In this document: piece by piece, positions 11,630 through 23,309 of the stretch
Layout of the letters: every line of letters begins with the position of its first letter
How positions within the stretch are numbered: position 1 is the first letter of the stretch
From: Malacoraja senta
Lineage: Eukaryota
Assembly: GCA_038087875.1 (NCBI GenBank)
Contig: JAXLNO010000378.1
Span: forward strand, 1 to 39,413
Length of the DNA stretch: 39,413 nt
Reading direction: 5' to 3'
Position numbers and translations under genes: made by a program
The notes under the pieces: model-generated
The model's input: the letters and a program-made list of their open reading frames with translations, nothing else
Databases searched by the model: none
Told to the model about the DNA's origin: nothing

Positions 11630-13140
11630 GGGTCGGCACAGTTGTGCAGCGGTAGAGTTGCTGCCTCACAGCACTACAGGCCCTGGTTCCATCCTGACTA
11701 CGGGTGCTGTCTGTACAGAGTTTGCATGTTCTCTCCCCGTGACCTGCGTGGGTTTTCTCCGGGCGCTCGGTTTCCTCCAACACTCCAAAGACGTGCGGGT
11801 TTGTAGGTTAATTGCCTTTGGTAATTCGGTAATTGTAAAACTGTCCCTAGTGCTGGGCCTGAACACCTCCCTCTGCAACTGGATCCTGAGCTTCCTGACG
11901 GGAAGACCCCAGACAGTCCGGATCGGGAGCAACACCTCCAGCACCACCACACTGAGCACAGCGGCCACACAGGGCTGTGTGTTCAGTCCACTGCTGTTCA
12001 CACTACTGACTCACGATTGCACAGCTCGAATCACATCATCAAGTTCGCCGAGGACACGACCGTGGTGGGTCTCATCAACAAGGACGACGAGTCAGCATAC
12101 AGAGAGGCGGTGAAACAACTGACAACTTGGTGCAAAGTCAACAACCTGTCTCTGAACGTAGACAAAACCTAAGAGATGGTTGTTGACTTTACGAGAGCAC
12201 AGAGTGACCATGCGCCACTGGACATTGACGGCTCCCCAGTGGAGATTGTGAAGATCACTAAATTCCTTGGTGTCCACCTGGCGTGGAACTTAACCTGGTC
12301 CCTCCACACCGGCTCCACTGTGAAGAAAGCCCAGCAGCGTCTCCACTTTGTGAGGAAGCTGAGGAAAGCCCATCTCCCGCCCCCCATCCTCACCACATTC
12401 TACAGAGGGACTATAGAGAGCATCCTGAGTAGCTGCATCACTGCCTGGTTTGGAAACTGCACCAGCATGGACCGCAAGAACCTGCAACGAGTAGTGAGAA
12501 CAGCCGAAAAGATCATCGGAGTATCTCTCCCCCCCATCTCAGACATCTACACCACACGCTGCATCCGCAAAGCAACCAGCATTGCGGAAGACCCCACCCA
12601 CCCCTCACATAACTCTACTCCCCCCTCCCATCTGGCAGAAGGTACCAAAGCATACAGATCCAGGTCCCTCACATCCAGACTATGCAACAGCTTCTTCCCC
12701 ATGGCCATCTGACACCTCAATGCTCAGGGACTGATCTGAATACACCCCCCCCCCCCATCGCTGCTGCTACATAAACTCTGCACTGCACCCCGGGCACACT
12801 TGGTTTGTGTACATTGCACTGTTTACTGTCCTGCGTTGCTGTTTTGTACATTTTCTATTTACTTTGTTGCACTTTAGTAAGGAAGGTTTTGCACCATGTG
12901 TATAGCGTAGTATATCTATATATGTAGCATGTTATTCAATTGTGTTCTATGTAGCACCGAGGTTCTAGGGAAACGCTATCTCATTGCACTGTGTACTGTG
13001 TATATGGCTGTAATGACAATAAACCCTCTTGAATCTTGAAGAGTGTGTGGGGTAGTGCTAGTGTACGGGGCGATCGCTGGTCGGTGCGGACTCGGTGGGC
13101 CGAAGGGCCTGTTTCCGTGCTGTATCTCTAAACTAAACTA
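11630..13140 (+). mobile_element. tRNA-derived V-SINE (HE1/HER-like) split by a Rex1 insertion
   Basis: tRNA-like head (ggcacagttgtgcagcggtagag...ggttccatcc), V-domain-like ggtttcctccaacactccaaagacgtg; resumes at ~13041 and ends in an (aaact)n tail. Confidence 0.8.
11853..13040 (+). mobile_element. 5'-truncated Rex1/Babar LINE (RT C-terminal part plus 3' UTR)
   Basis: [71 protein letters not shown]; aataaa..(cttgaa) tail; frameshift and stop. Confidence 0.92.
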
Positions 13141-13221
13141 GTGTACAGGGTGATCGCTGGTCAGTACGGATTCGGTGGGCCGAAGGGCCTGTTTCTGCTC
13201 TATATCTCTAAACTAAACTAA

Positions 13222-13545
13222 AAGGATGTTTCCATTAGGTAGAGAGTCTAGGATCAGAGGGCACAGCCTCAGAATTAAATGACATTCCTTTAGGAAGGAG
13301 ATGAGGAGGAATTTCTTTAGCCAGAGGATGGTGAATCTGTGGAATTCATTGCCACAGACGGCTGTGGAGGCCACAAGTCAGTGAATATATTTAAGGCAGA
13401 GATAGATAGATTGTTGAGTGTCAGGGGTTATGGGGAGAAGGTAGGAGAATGGGGTTAGGAGGGAGAGATAGATCAGCCATGATTGAATGGTGGAGTAGAC
13501 TCGATGGGCTGAATGGCCAAATTCTGATTCTGTGTGTTATGGTCT
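13222..13545 (+). repeat. CR1 3' fragment
   Basis: Similar to 29470-29790 (gtgaatctgtggaattc, gatcagccatgat). Confidence 0.75.
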
Positions 13546-13774
13546 TCTCTCACTTATGGAAATGCAGGCAGCCACTTTGTGGAAAGAACAATGAGTCAAC
13601 AGAGGACAATAATTTTCCCGCAGACAACTACTGCCCCAGATGGATATCATGATGTGTGCAACAAACATTGATTGACCACTGGTGGGCAAAGGGTTTATGT
13701 GGTAATTGGCTTGATTGAAGCTGATTAGGAAATTGTCAGTTGCTGTGTATAAAAGGGGGAGTTGTGGGAGTGTC

Positions 13775-14010
13775 TGAGTGCAGTTGTCCTGGGCTGTGGA
13801 TGGGAGTTGTGGTCCTGGGCAGTGGATGGAAGCAGTGGATGGAAGCAGTGGTCCTTCGGCAGTGGATGGGAGCAGTGGTCCTTCGGCAGTGGATGGGAGC
13901 AGTGGTCCTTCGGCAGTGGATGGAAGCAGTGGTCCTTCGGCAGTGGCTGGGAGCAGTGGTCCTTCGGCAGTGGATGGGAGCAGTGGTCCTGGGCTGTGGA
14001 TGGAAGCAGA
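13775..14010. repeat. 27-bp minisatellite
   Basis: About 7-8 units of gcagtggatgggagcagtggtccttcg. Confidence 0.92.
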
Positions 14011-15779
14011 GCTCAGGGTAGAGACAGGGAGTTTCCCCTTGTGTCTGATGTGGATCTACATCTCCAGGGCATGAGGTAGGTGAGAACACTAAAGCTCTCT
14101 ACTGAATTGTGTTTGCTTCTTTGATTCTTTTCCTTTTAATTGTTGTCATTTGAAGTGTCCAGGGTATTTAATGATTATTTGTTCTAGTGCAACTGGAATT
14201 GTGCTGTTTCTGTGCTGTATCTCAGAACTAAAAGGATGTTTCCACTAGTGGGAGAGTCTCAGACCAGAAGGCACAGTGTCAAGTTCAAGTTCAAGTGAGT
14301 TTATTGTCATGTGTCCCTGATAGGACAATGAAATTCTTGCTTTGCTTCAGCACAACAGAACATAGTAGGCATTGTCAGAAATAAAAGGATGTACCTTTAC
14401 TAAAGTGATGATACCCTAACCTTATCACAACTGAAATTGAATCTGGCTGATGTAAAATGTAGAAACAAAGACGTGTAGATGCTAGTTTATACCAAACATA
14501 GACGCAATGCTGGAGTAACTCAGTGGGTCAGGCAGCATCTCTGGAGAAACAAGAGATTTGGGGATGGAACAAAAGGGTTCATGCCCAAAATATCACCCAT
14601 CCTCCACAGATGCTGCCTGACCCACTGAGTTATTCCAGCACTCTGTGAAACGTCGCCTATCCATGTTCTCCAGAGATGCTGCCAGACCCACTGAGTTACT
14701 CCAGCACTTTGTGTCTTTTTTTGTAAACCCGCACATGCAGTTCCTTGAGTTTCATCCCAAACCTTCCCTGGTTTCAGGGCTTTTACAAACTTTGGCATCT
14801 GGGCAATGGGTGCATTATGGGGAAAGCAAATCGGTCACAAAGGAATAAAGAACCATTTTGCAGTAAAGAGCACAATTATATCTAATTTGTAGACAGCAAC
14901 TCCCAATGTGCAGTGAATTTGTATAACGGGTTGCTCCAATTTGTGGTCAACAGTCCCACCGTGTGGTGATCTGCTGCACTGCAGGCCCATCTGATCTGTG
15001 GACAAAGTACTGATTTGAATTGGCAGCAACAACAATTCTTGGCAATATCCTCATAAATCTTGACTGCACCCTTTCCTATCTTTATTGCAGATAGACACAA
15101 ATTGCTGAAGTAACTCAGTGGGTCAGGCAGCATCTGTGGAGAACATGGATAGGTGACGTTTCACAGAGTGCTGGAGTAACTCCGTGGGTCAGGCAGCATC
15201 TCTGGAGAACTTGGATAGATGACGTTTCACAGAGTGCTGGAGGAACTCGGCAGGTCAGACAGTATCTGGCGGATGGGTGATATTTTGGGCATGAACCCTT
15301 TTGTTCCATTGCTCCAATTTGTGGACAACACTCCCACCGTGTGGTGATTTGCTGCACTGCAGGTCCATCTGATCTGTGGTCAACACCCCCACCTTGTGGT
15401 GATCCGCTGCACTGCAGGCCCATCTGATCTGTGGACAAAGTACTGGTTTGACTTGGCAGCAACAACAATTCTTGGCAATATCCTCATAAATTTTGTCTGC
15501 ACCCTTTCCCAGGGTCTCCAAACATTGGAGACAGAGATAGCATCAGCACTTTGGGAAATTTCATACATCCTTACTCCAATCCACAGCAGACTTATTGTTC
15601 CAAGTCACTGGGTTCACAGTAAGAATGCCCCTCAAGTCCCTTCAGCCCAATATTCCACATTATCCCTGCATCTGTTCCACCTCCTTGTCCCACATTGTGC
15701 TTCAATCATTTACAATTATCACTGATTAACATTGTACCACAGATAGACAGAGTGCTGGAGTAATTCAGCGGGTCAGGTT

Positions 15780-16420
15780 TGATACCCATAGAAAGAGTTA
15801 CAGCATTGGGCAGCTCAGTCGGGGAGTTCACTGTTTGTGTGAAGTATTGTCTTTGATATAGCTGGCATGTTGCTGTGCCAGTTTGATTATGAAAAGTCAA
15901 TGTATTCTTCTACCCTGTAGGATTCACTACTGCAGACGCATTTGAATTTCACTGTACCTTAATTGGTACATGTGACGATAAACTGACCTTGAAACATTGG
16001 GCCTAGTTATTTTTCTAGGCCTTGTCCATCCAGTGTTTGATATTTTGAGGTGAATGTAGAATCTTCTTGCCTGCTGCTGTTTCTCCCTCTACAGTTACTC
16101 TACTTGTTTCTGGTTGATGTGCCAAGGTCATTGGAGATCTTCTAATGTCCCCAGTTTTCTATGGTTTATGATAGATGTGCTTTGTGAACTTGCTGTACTA
16201 AGTACTGCTTGTGATAGAGGGTGTGATCAAGGATGTCAGGAGATTTCAAACATTAAAGTGATCTGTTTTTTTGTTATAACCAAGTTTATCTAAGCTAGTC
16301 TTTGTGGAGATGGTATGAAGATGAGGCCCTTGGTGAGACCATCTCCTGGTTTCAATGAGGATAAATCTTTGAGAAAGATTAACAATGTCTTTTCCTAATT
16401 GCTTTGTGGTCACGTTCTTT
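15780..16420 (-). pseudogene. Decayed Neptune-like Penelope ORF (N-terminus plus RT fingers)
   Basis: Minus translation gives IVNLSQRFIL...KGLIFIPSP (~16300-16388) and CSSESYRVEEYIDF..LAQQHASYIKD (~15848-15935). Confidence 0.75.
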
Positions 16421-16429
16421 GTATTTCAG

Positions 16430-17195
16430 GGTGCTGGAATGTTGAGCAGAAGTGCTGGAGGAACTCTGAGGGTTAGGCAGCATCTGTGGGGGAAATAGAC
16501 AAATGGCATTTTTGGTTGAAAACCTTCAGACTGGAGTAGGTGAGAAAGATGGAAAGTGGAGTTGGGACAAAGCCTGGCATGTGGGGGTGGGTGATTGTAA
16601 GATGGATGGAATAAGTGACAAAGGCCAGAGGTGAGAGTGATAAAACATGTTGGATAAGAAGGGTAGAGGTGTGGAAGATGAAGCCACAGGGAGGTTTATG
16701 GGTGAATGGGACTTGGGAGGAGTCTTTCCCAGCACCCCCCGCACCCACCCTGGTGATGGGAACCCCTCTTTCCCAGCACCCCCCACCCTGGTGATGGGAA
16801 CCCCCTCTTTCCCTGCACCCCTCCCTGCTGTGAACACTCCCCTCAACACCTTGGTCACTCTGCTCCTTCCCTCTGTATGCTCATCTCCCAAACCAGTCTC
16901 ATATTTCACTCTATCCCCTTCCACCCATATCCCTTCCTCTGGCTTTACGCTTCATTCTTCTCGTGTGTTTCACCTTTTGTCTCCTTGTCACCCCTAGCCA
17001 ATGTCACAACCCATCACCCTCTTCCCTGTATCCACTAATCACATAACAGGCTTTGTCCTGCTCCCACCTCTTTCCCACTTTCTCTGCCCGACTCCATCAG
17101 TCTGAAAGGGTCCCAACAGGAAACAGCATCTGTCCATTACCTTTGTTGTCGGGTAGATGGTGCCTGATCTGCCAAGTACCTCCAGCCCTTTGTTT
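16430..17195. repeat. Inverted pair of Penelope terminal-repeat sequences (array spacer 1)
   Basis: gtgctggaggaact... purine-rich arm, then a pyrimidine-rich arm ending ccatcagtctgaa...agtacctccagc. Same layout at 23310, 26865 and 34110. Confidence 0.65.
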
Positions 17196-17819
17196 TGGAC
17201 CAGGTTACATTCCCTGGTTAAAGTAATCCTAGTTGGCTGCTGTTGCAGGGAAAGTAGTTTAATGTTCATGACACTTGAAGTCTCATTACAAATTATCAAT
17301 CCTGCCATTTGCCCTACTGTAGTTTTGGAATTGGTCTAAATCTACATTTGGTTTGAATGTGTTTGTTGCCAGAATCCATTTACTCTCCTCTCTGCTATTT
17401 TATGAAGGTGAACAATTAATGTTAGTTTCACTTCCACTTTCTCTGCCCTACTCCATCAGAATGAAGAAGGATCCCAACCTGAAACATCTGTCCATTCCCT
17501 TTGCAGGCAGGCAGATGGTGCCTGACCCACTGAGTAGCTCCAGCACTTTGTTTTAGACCAGGTTACATCCCCTGGTTAAAGTAATCCTAGTTGCCTCCAG
17601 TTGCAGGGAAAGTAGTTTAATGTTCATGACTAGAGCCAGGATGTTTAGGCACTAAAAATCTCTGAAATAGGCAGGCAAAAAGGTATAATAAAATTACAAA
17701 AAAAGGAACGAAAGAGGCATTTATTGACTAAAAAGGCATTTATTTCCACCACCAAAATATGGTTAAAAATGATAATTATAAAAGTGTTTCTACATTTAAT
17801 TACCAAAGTTTCCTGGTTG

Positions 17820-18105
17820 CACATAACTACAGAATTTTTTCAAATTATCTGGTAAACTATACCGTCTGTCAGACAGAATATGCTACAGTTGTGAAAAACA
17901 TCTTTCTACCCCAGCTCAGGTCACTGGTGCATACCTGAAACATGCTACAGACTCTACATTCATGTCTATATCTTGTGCATTACAACTACCTTTGAGAACT
18001 TTATCTATGTTTTGTATTTCTTCAAGATCTTTGTTAGCTAAAATCATCCTCTCACATTTTCCTTGTATGTCTTCACCGACATCGCCAGGAACTTTAAGTA
18101 CAAAG
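17820..18105 (-). pseudogene. hAT transposase C-terminal (dimerization) remnant, CGGBP1/hAT19-like
   Basis: ACFRYAPVT*AGVERCFSQL*HILSDRRYSLPDNLKK matches the P-x-T-S-x-x-VER-x-FS motif. Confidence 0.8.
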
Positions 18106-18120
18106 TACAGCAAGTGGAGA

Positions 18121-18780
18121 TGTAAACAACTGAGCAATAGTTGAGCTCTTTGACTTCTCCAATACTTCCGGTCAAGAAATACTCCTTTGATGGTTGACCT
18201 GCCTCTATGGAAGTTAGAAGTTATATAGAAATTATATAGAAGAACAATTAATTAAAACCAGCATAGCCAGCCAGCCAATTTATCATAGCCAGCATAGTCA
18301 GCTATTTTATGTAATCAGACATCAGCTTATTGTACTCAGACTCACATGATTGTTAGTTTTGCAGCATTTTATATTTATCTAGTAATGTCCTTAAAACATT
18401 TATTAAAGCTATTTCTATGTGAACAAACGTCGGCACAAAAACAAGCTTCGTCTTATTTTCTATTTTGCTTTAGCAAGGACATCATGGTAGGCTCAGAGAT
18501 TAAAGATAAAGAGCAAGGACATATTGATAGATTAGAGTTATAGCAGCATGCATACCAAGTAGCCGCAGATAAGGTTGAAAGTGTAATATAATGGTTCTTG
18601 TTTCTGTAGATCAGAGAGCAATTAGAGAGCAACCAGGCCGTGTTGTCTCTGAATGTTCCAAGCCAAAATTTGTTTGCAAATAAAGGCTTTTCGTCTTCTT
18701 GAAGAATTCTCCGTGTCTGTATTATCTTATCCAAACTTTGAGTCTTAAAACCACGACAAAATTGGCGCTGCGAGCAGGGT
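18121..18780 (+). mobile_element. 5' LTR plus primer-binding site of an LTR element or ERV
   Basis: AATAAA at 18679; LTR ends ..CACGACA at 18758; PBS TGGCGCTGCGAGCAGGGT at 18763-18780 resembles the complement of a tRNA-Ser 3' end. Left LTR boundary is uncertain. Confidence 0.7.
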
Positions 18781-19088
18781 CGGTAAGAGACCGTTAATTA
18801 AAAGACAAACAGACAGGGCATTTCCCAGCCCCTCTTGGCTCCTAGGGACAACAGGAAAAGGGTGGCCACCTACAAAATTATGCGGTTTTCCGCTTCATTT
18901 GGACTAATAACCTGTTGAACATGGGAAGCCATTGGTAGTTAGAAGGTCTCTCCGACCCAAGAATCTGGCACTAAATTGTTCTAAAAAGGAGGCCCGGAGG
19001 ATTGTCCGAGAAGGCTGCGCTGTGTGGTGAGTAAATAATATTTGTGATAAGAAAGTACAGCATTGCATTGTGTGATATTATTAAGAGT

Positions 19089-19420
19089 TTATTGAGACCT
19101 CGTGGATACCACCCTGAGAGGCCAGGGGTTGTACGGACGAGGCAGGTAAGAGTTTATTAGACCTCGTGGATACCACCCTGAGAGGTCAGGGGTTGCACGG
19201 ACGAGGCAGGTATTAGACCTCGTGGATACCACTCTGAGACATCGGGGGTTGCATGGACAAGGCAGGCATTCTGTGGATACCACCCTGAGCTGGCAGGGTT
19301 TGTACAGGCAGAATAGGGCATTCTGTGGATACCACCCTGAGCGGGCAGGGGTTTGTACGGGCAGAATAAAGTATTTTGTGGATACCACCTTAGGTGACTA
19401 AGGGTTTGTACGGGCAAAAT
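19089..19420. repeat. ~52-64-bp tandem repeats in the LTR-element leader
   Basis: Six copies anchored on gtggataccac(cctgag)...ggttgtacgg. Confidence 0.85.
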
Positions 19421-19675
19421 ACGAATTTAAGGTAAGTGAGTAACAGGAAGTGTACACAGTGATAAAATATAGTAGAATAGCAATAAGAATAGTATAAGGT
19501 TATATAGCAATAAGAATATATTAAGGTAATATAGTGACTACAAGGACGGAGGACCTGTAAGGACTGAGTTTCTAACTGTTTGTGGAGATAAATTTGCTGT
19601 ATTCTTTCTGCTGCTTGGTTTGTCAGCCTCCCTTTTCTGAAGTTAAGGACAAAATGTGTTTTCTTTGTCTGGAAA

Positions 19676-19810
19676 TTAGTGGGGTGTGGTCAGATGTTGA
19701 GTGACTAGGATTTTGATTGGTTGTGATCTTAGTGGGGTGTGGTCAGATGTTGAGTGACTAGGATTTTGATTGGTTGTGATCTTAGTGGGGTGTGGTCAGA
19801 TGTTGAGTGA
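19676..19810. repeat. 53-bp tandem repeat (~2.6 copies, near-perfect)
   Basis: ttagtggggtgtggtcagatgttgagtgactaggattttgattggttgtgatc repeated. Confidence 0.92.
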
Positions 19811-19928
19811 TGGTGAGTCTGACTAATCATGATCTGAATCAATGCCCAATCACAGCGCTCGGGTACCTGACTGATAGGGGATTAGACTATCCTACTTTAA
19901 CTTAAAAAGGAGATAAGAATTATATTAA

Positions 19929-21143
19929 TTTTTTTTTTTTTTTAAATTTTTATTTATTAGAAGTACATTACATTACAACCAATTACATTAGTACTCATCA
20001 CATATATCTTATTACAATTAATGTACTCCATCATTTTTTACACTGATAAAAAGGAAAGGTTGAGATTAAGAAAAAAGAGAAAAAGTGAAGGAAAATAGTG
20101 AAGGTGTAAAAACGTAACAACAAGAAAGAACAGAGACCCTGTAGAAAAGAAATTAAAAAGAAAGGATTAAGAGATAGACCCTAAAGAAGAAAAAAAAGAG
20201 AAAGAGGAAAAAAGAGAGAAACAAATACTTTGTTATAAGCCTCACGCAAATGGGATATACCAACTCTCCAGCTTTCATCCCCCTTTACCTGACCTCAGTT
20301 TTTTTTTTTTAAAGTACTTTTGCACCCTATACTTGTAATAATTCTATTAATGCAGACCACGTCGGGTGGAAGTGATCTGGTTTACCTGCCAGGAGGAGTC
20401 TTATCTCTTCTAGGTGTAATGTTTCAAACATATTTGAAATCCACATGTTTATAGTTGGTATTGGAGTGTTTTTCCAGAATTTTAGGATTAACTTTTTTCC
20501 AGTTATTAACCCGTAATCTATTAATTTCTTTTGAAACACATTTAGTTCAGGACTATCTTCTGTTGTTCCGAAGATAATCCATTCTGCTTTTGGCATCAGT
20601 TTTATTTTAAATAATTTTGTAAAGATTTCAAAAATTTCAATCCAAAATTTTTGAATATTTGTACAAAAAACAAATGAGTGCGCTATAGTAGCTTCTTGAG
20701 ATTGACATTTATCACAAATGGATGATACATTGGGGAAAATTTTATTAATTTTAGTTTTTGAATAATATAATCTATGTAAAATTTTAAATTGTATTAAAGT
20801 GTCTTACATTAATTAAACATTTATGCACGTTTAATAAATGTTCATTCCACCTTTCCTTTGAGATTTTAATAGCTAATTCTTGTTCCCAGTCTCTTCTAAT
20901 ACCTTCCGTAGATGGTATTTCTACATTTAAGATAATATTATACAAATAGGATATTAAGTTTGCTGATTCAGCTTTTATCTGCATTGCTTCATCCAATACA
21001 TCTGCTGGAATATTATAATGATCTTTTGTATATTTTTTCAAATAGTCACATATTTGAAAATATTTAAAATATTGATTATTTCCCAGTTTATATTTTATTT
21101 GTAATTGTTGGAATGATAGTAATTCTCCAGTTTCATACCAGTC
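19929..21143 (-). mobile_element. 5'-truncated L1-clade LINE (ORF2 C-terminus, 3' UTR, poly-A)
   Basis: Poly-T at 19929-19943. Minus translation YFKYFQICDYL, WEQEL, CDKC..EATIAHSFVFC (CCHC), KKLILKFWK. Confidence 0.9.
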
Positions 21144-21144
21144 A

Positions 21145-21500
21145 CCGAACGAGCAAGTTCTCAGCAAATGACTCTTCTTCAGTGGAAGGGCTTGCAAGAA
21201 ATCACAAGCTACAAGAGGAAAACCCTCTGCTCCTTGGAAAATCGTCAGCTGACCAACGACCTGAACGAGTTCTACTGCAGGTTCGATAAACAGAAATTTA
21301 ACCCTGGTACCCCCACACCCCATCCCCAACCAACACTTCACACCTACTCACAGCTTGACTCCAGTTTAAAAAGACTGGACTCTTCCCCACCTACTCCTCC
21401 CCAATCACCACTTCACACCTACTTAAAGCATGACTCCAGTTTGCAAAGATTGGACCCTTTCCCACGCACCCCTCTCTAATCACCACTTAACACCCACTTA
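21145..21500 (+). mobile_element. Internal Rex1/Babar-like LINE fragment
   Basis: FSANDSS..WKGLQEITSYKR..LTNDLNEFYCRFDK (EN-RT linker motif). Confidence 0.7.
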
Positions 21501-21663
21501 CAGCCGGGTTTCACCCCGGTGGTGTAAATTTTCTTGTAAGTTACATTAACACGGCAAAAAAAGGCTGATTTAGGCACAATCGTGAAATGGCATTATCTTC
21601 CTGAAATCATCAAAAAAGGCATGAAAAGGCACTCATGGCATTTATGGCAAAATCCTGGCTCTA

Positions 21664-23300
21664 TTCATGACACTTGTTTTTAACTCATTACAATTAAGTA
21701 ATCTTGCCCCTTCCATTCACCCAACTGTAGCTTTGTTTGGAATTGGTCTAAATCTACATTTGGTTTAGTATGTTTGTCTGTGTTGCCAGAATCCACTTCC
21801 TCTCCTCTCTGCTCCTTTCTAAAGGGGTGACCAATTAGTGTTAGTTTCCACCCAGGATCCCCAAAGACTGGATCCTCTGATGCTGGAACAGGCTGCCGGG
21901 GTTAGACTATCTTCCCCATTCTGCTAAACTGGGCCAAACTTCACTACTGTTCACTACTTGTAGGTCTCATTTAATTCAAAGTATTTCTTTGTCAGTTAAA
22001 GTAGTATCTGGTTTGTCATGGTGTGTTTCTCCAGATATTTGAGCTGCCTGTATGCTCCTATCTGTTTCTATTTGTGCACAGGGTTTCAATATCCATGATA
22101 AAGGGCACGGTATCAGGGGCAGTGTCGGGGTGAACACTTCATGTGACATGGTAAGTTTCACATTTAGAGACATCGCGGAAACAGGCCCTTTGGCCCACGG
22201 AGTCTGCACCGACCAGCGATCCCCGCACATTAACACTATCCTACACACACTAGGGACAAGGTTACATTTATACCAAGTCAATTAACCTACAAACCTGTAC
22301 GTCTTTGGATGGTGGGAGGAAACTGAAGATCTTTGAGAAAGCCCACTGGGAGAACGTGCAAACTCCGTACAGAACCCATGTCTCTGGCGCTGTAAGGCAA
22401 CAATTCTACTGCTGTGCCACTGTGCTGCTCTTCAACAAAGCTGGCATCTTGCTGTGCCAGTGAATTACAATAGTCAATGTATTCTGCTACCCTGTAGGGC
22501 TCACTACAATCCTTTCAATGGCTGATTCTGTTTCTCATGACATTTAATTTAAATTGGAATCTCTTCCTCTCTAGATGTCCAGTGTGAAGGAGGATGTCGG
22601 CAGACTTCAAATCACTAATGTGACATTAGTTTGCTTTTTATATAACTTGGTCTATCTGAATATGGTTATGGAGTTGGTACAAAGGTATGGGCTATCTTTA
22701 GAACCTTGTCTTGGGCTTCAGTGTGGATGAATGTTTGGGAAAGATTAACAACTGTTTTCTCTAATGGGGCTCAGCCTCTCTCACCTTGGGGCCCACTTTA
22801 GTTTAAAGATTACATTGCCCCTCCCCCTTGTTAGGGTTTATTCCCTAAAGTTGTAGTCTGGGCCTACTTGAAGGTGTTTAACACTGACCACTGGTATGAA
22901 CTTGTGTCTCTATTTAGTAGTGAGTTTCTGCCTGTACCTGGGGCTGTTGGTCAGGGTGGGGACAGTGAGCAAGATATATGGGGGTGAGATATTGGTTCCA
23001 CATGCCAATGTGGTGGATTCCCCTCCACCAGCATGATACCAGTGATCACCTTCTCCTGTCAGCACTTGACTGGATGGCACTGCATTCTGTCTCTGGGCTT
23101 TGCGTGGTGTGTACTTGTGCTTGAGGAAACGGTGACCTGAAGACTCATCCAATCTGAGGCCTTGGCTGGGGAACGGACACTTTGGTCTGGCCCATGAGAT
23201 CATTATCCTTGTCCAAATCCACTTTCCTTCATTTGGCTCCCCACTTCCTCATTGTCTTGGCCTTCATCCTAACAGGGATTTGTTCTGAGCTTTGGCCATG
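21664..23300 (-). pseudogene. Decayed Neptune-like Penelope ORF (continues at 17200-17630 across the hAT)
   Basis: Homologous to 15780-16420 and 34707-35653. N-terminal VNL/FVPTP region ~22570-22760; YRVAEYIDY ~22470-22500; IMDIETL..IETDRSIQA ~22045-22100; interrupted by a SINE. Confidence 0.7.
22163..22430 (-). mobile_element. V-SINE copy
   Basis: Reverse complement of the 11630/13041 SINE. Confidence 0.8.
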
Positions 23301-23309
23301 GCATGGAAC

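Larger units (their letters stand above)
17631..21663 (-). mobile_element. hAT DNA transposon relic carrying nested LTR, L1 and Rex fragments
   Basis: 12-bp TIR TAGAGCCAGGAT/ATCCTGGCTCTA; 8-bp TSD TTCATGAC at 17623-17630 and 21664-21671. Confidence 0.92.

Noticed and set aside
11630..11700. tRNA-like sequences (also 25245-25300)
   Set aside because: These are SINE heads followed by SINE body and tail, not tRNA genes.
19089..19420. CRISPR-like pattern of a conserved gtggataccaccctgag core with variable intervals
   Set aside because: The intervals are homologous to each other, there are no cas genes, and the context is a eukaryotic LTR leader; it is a minisatellite.
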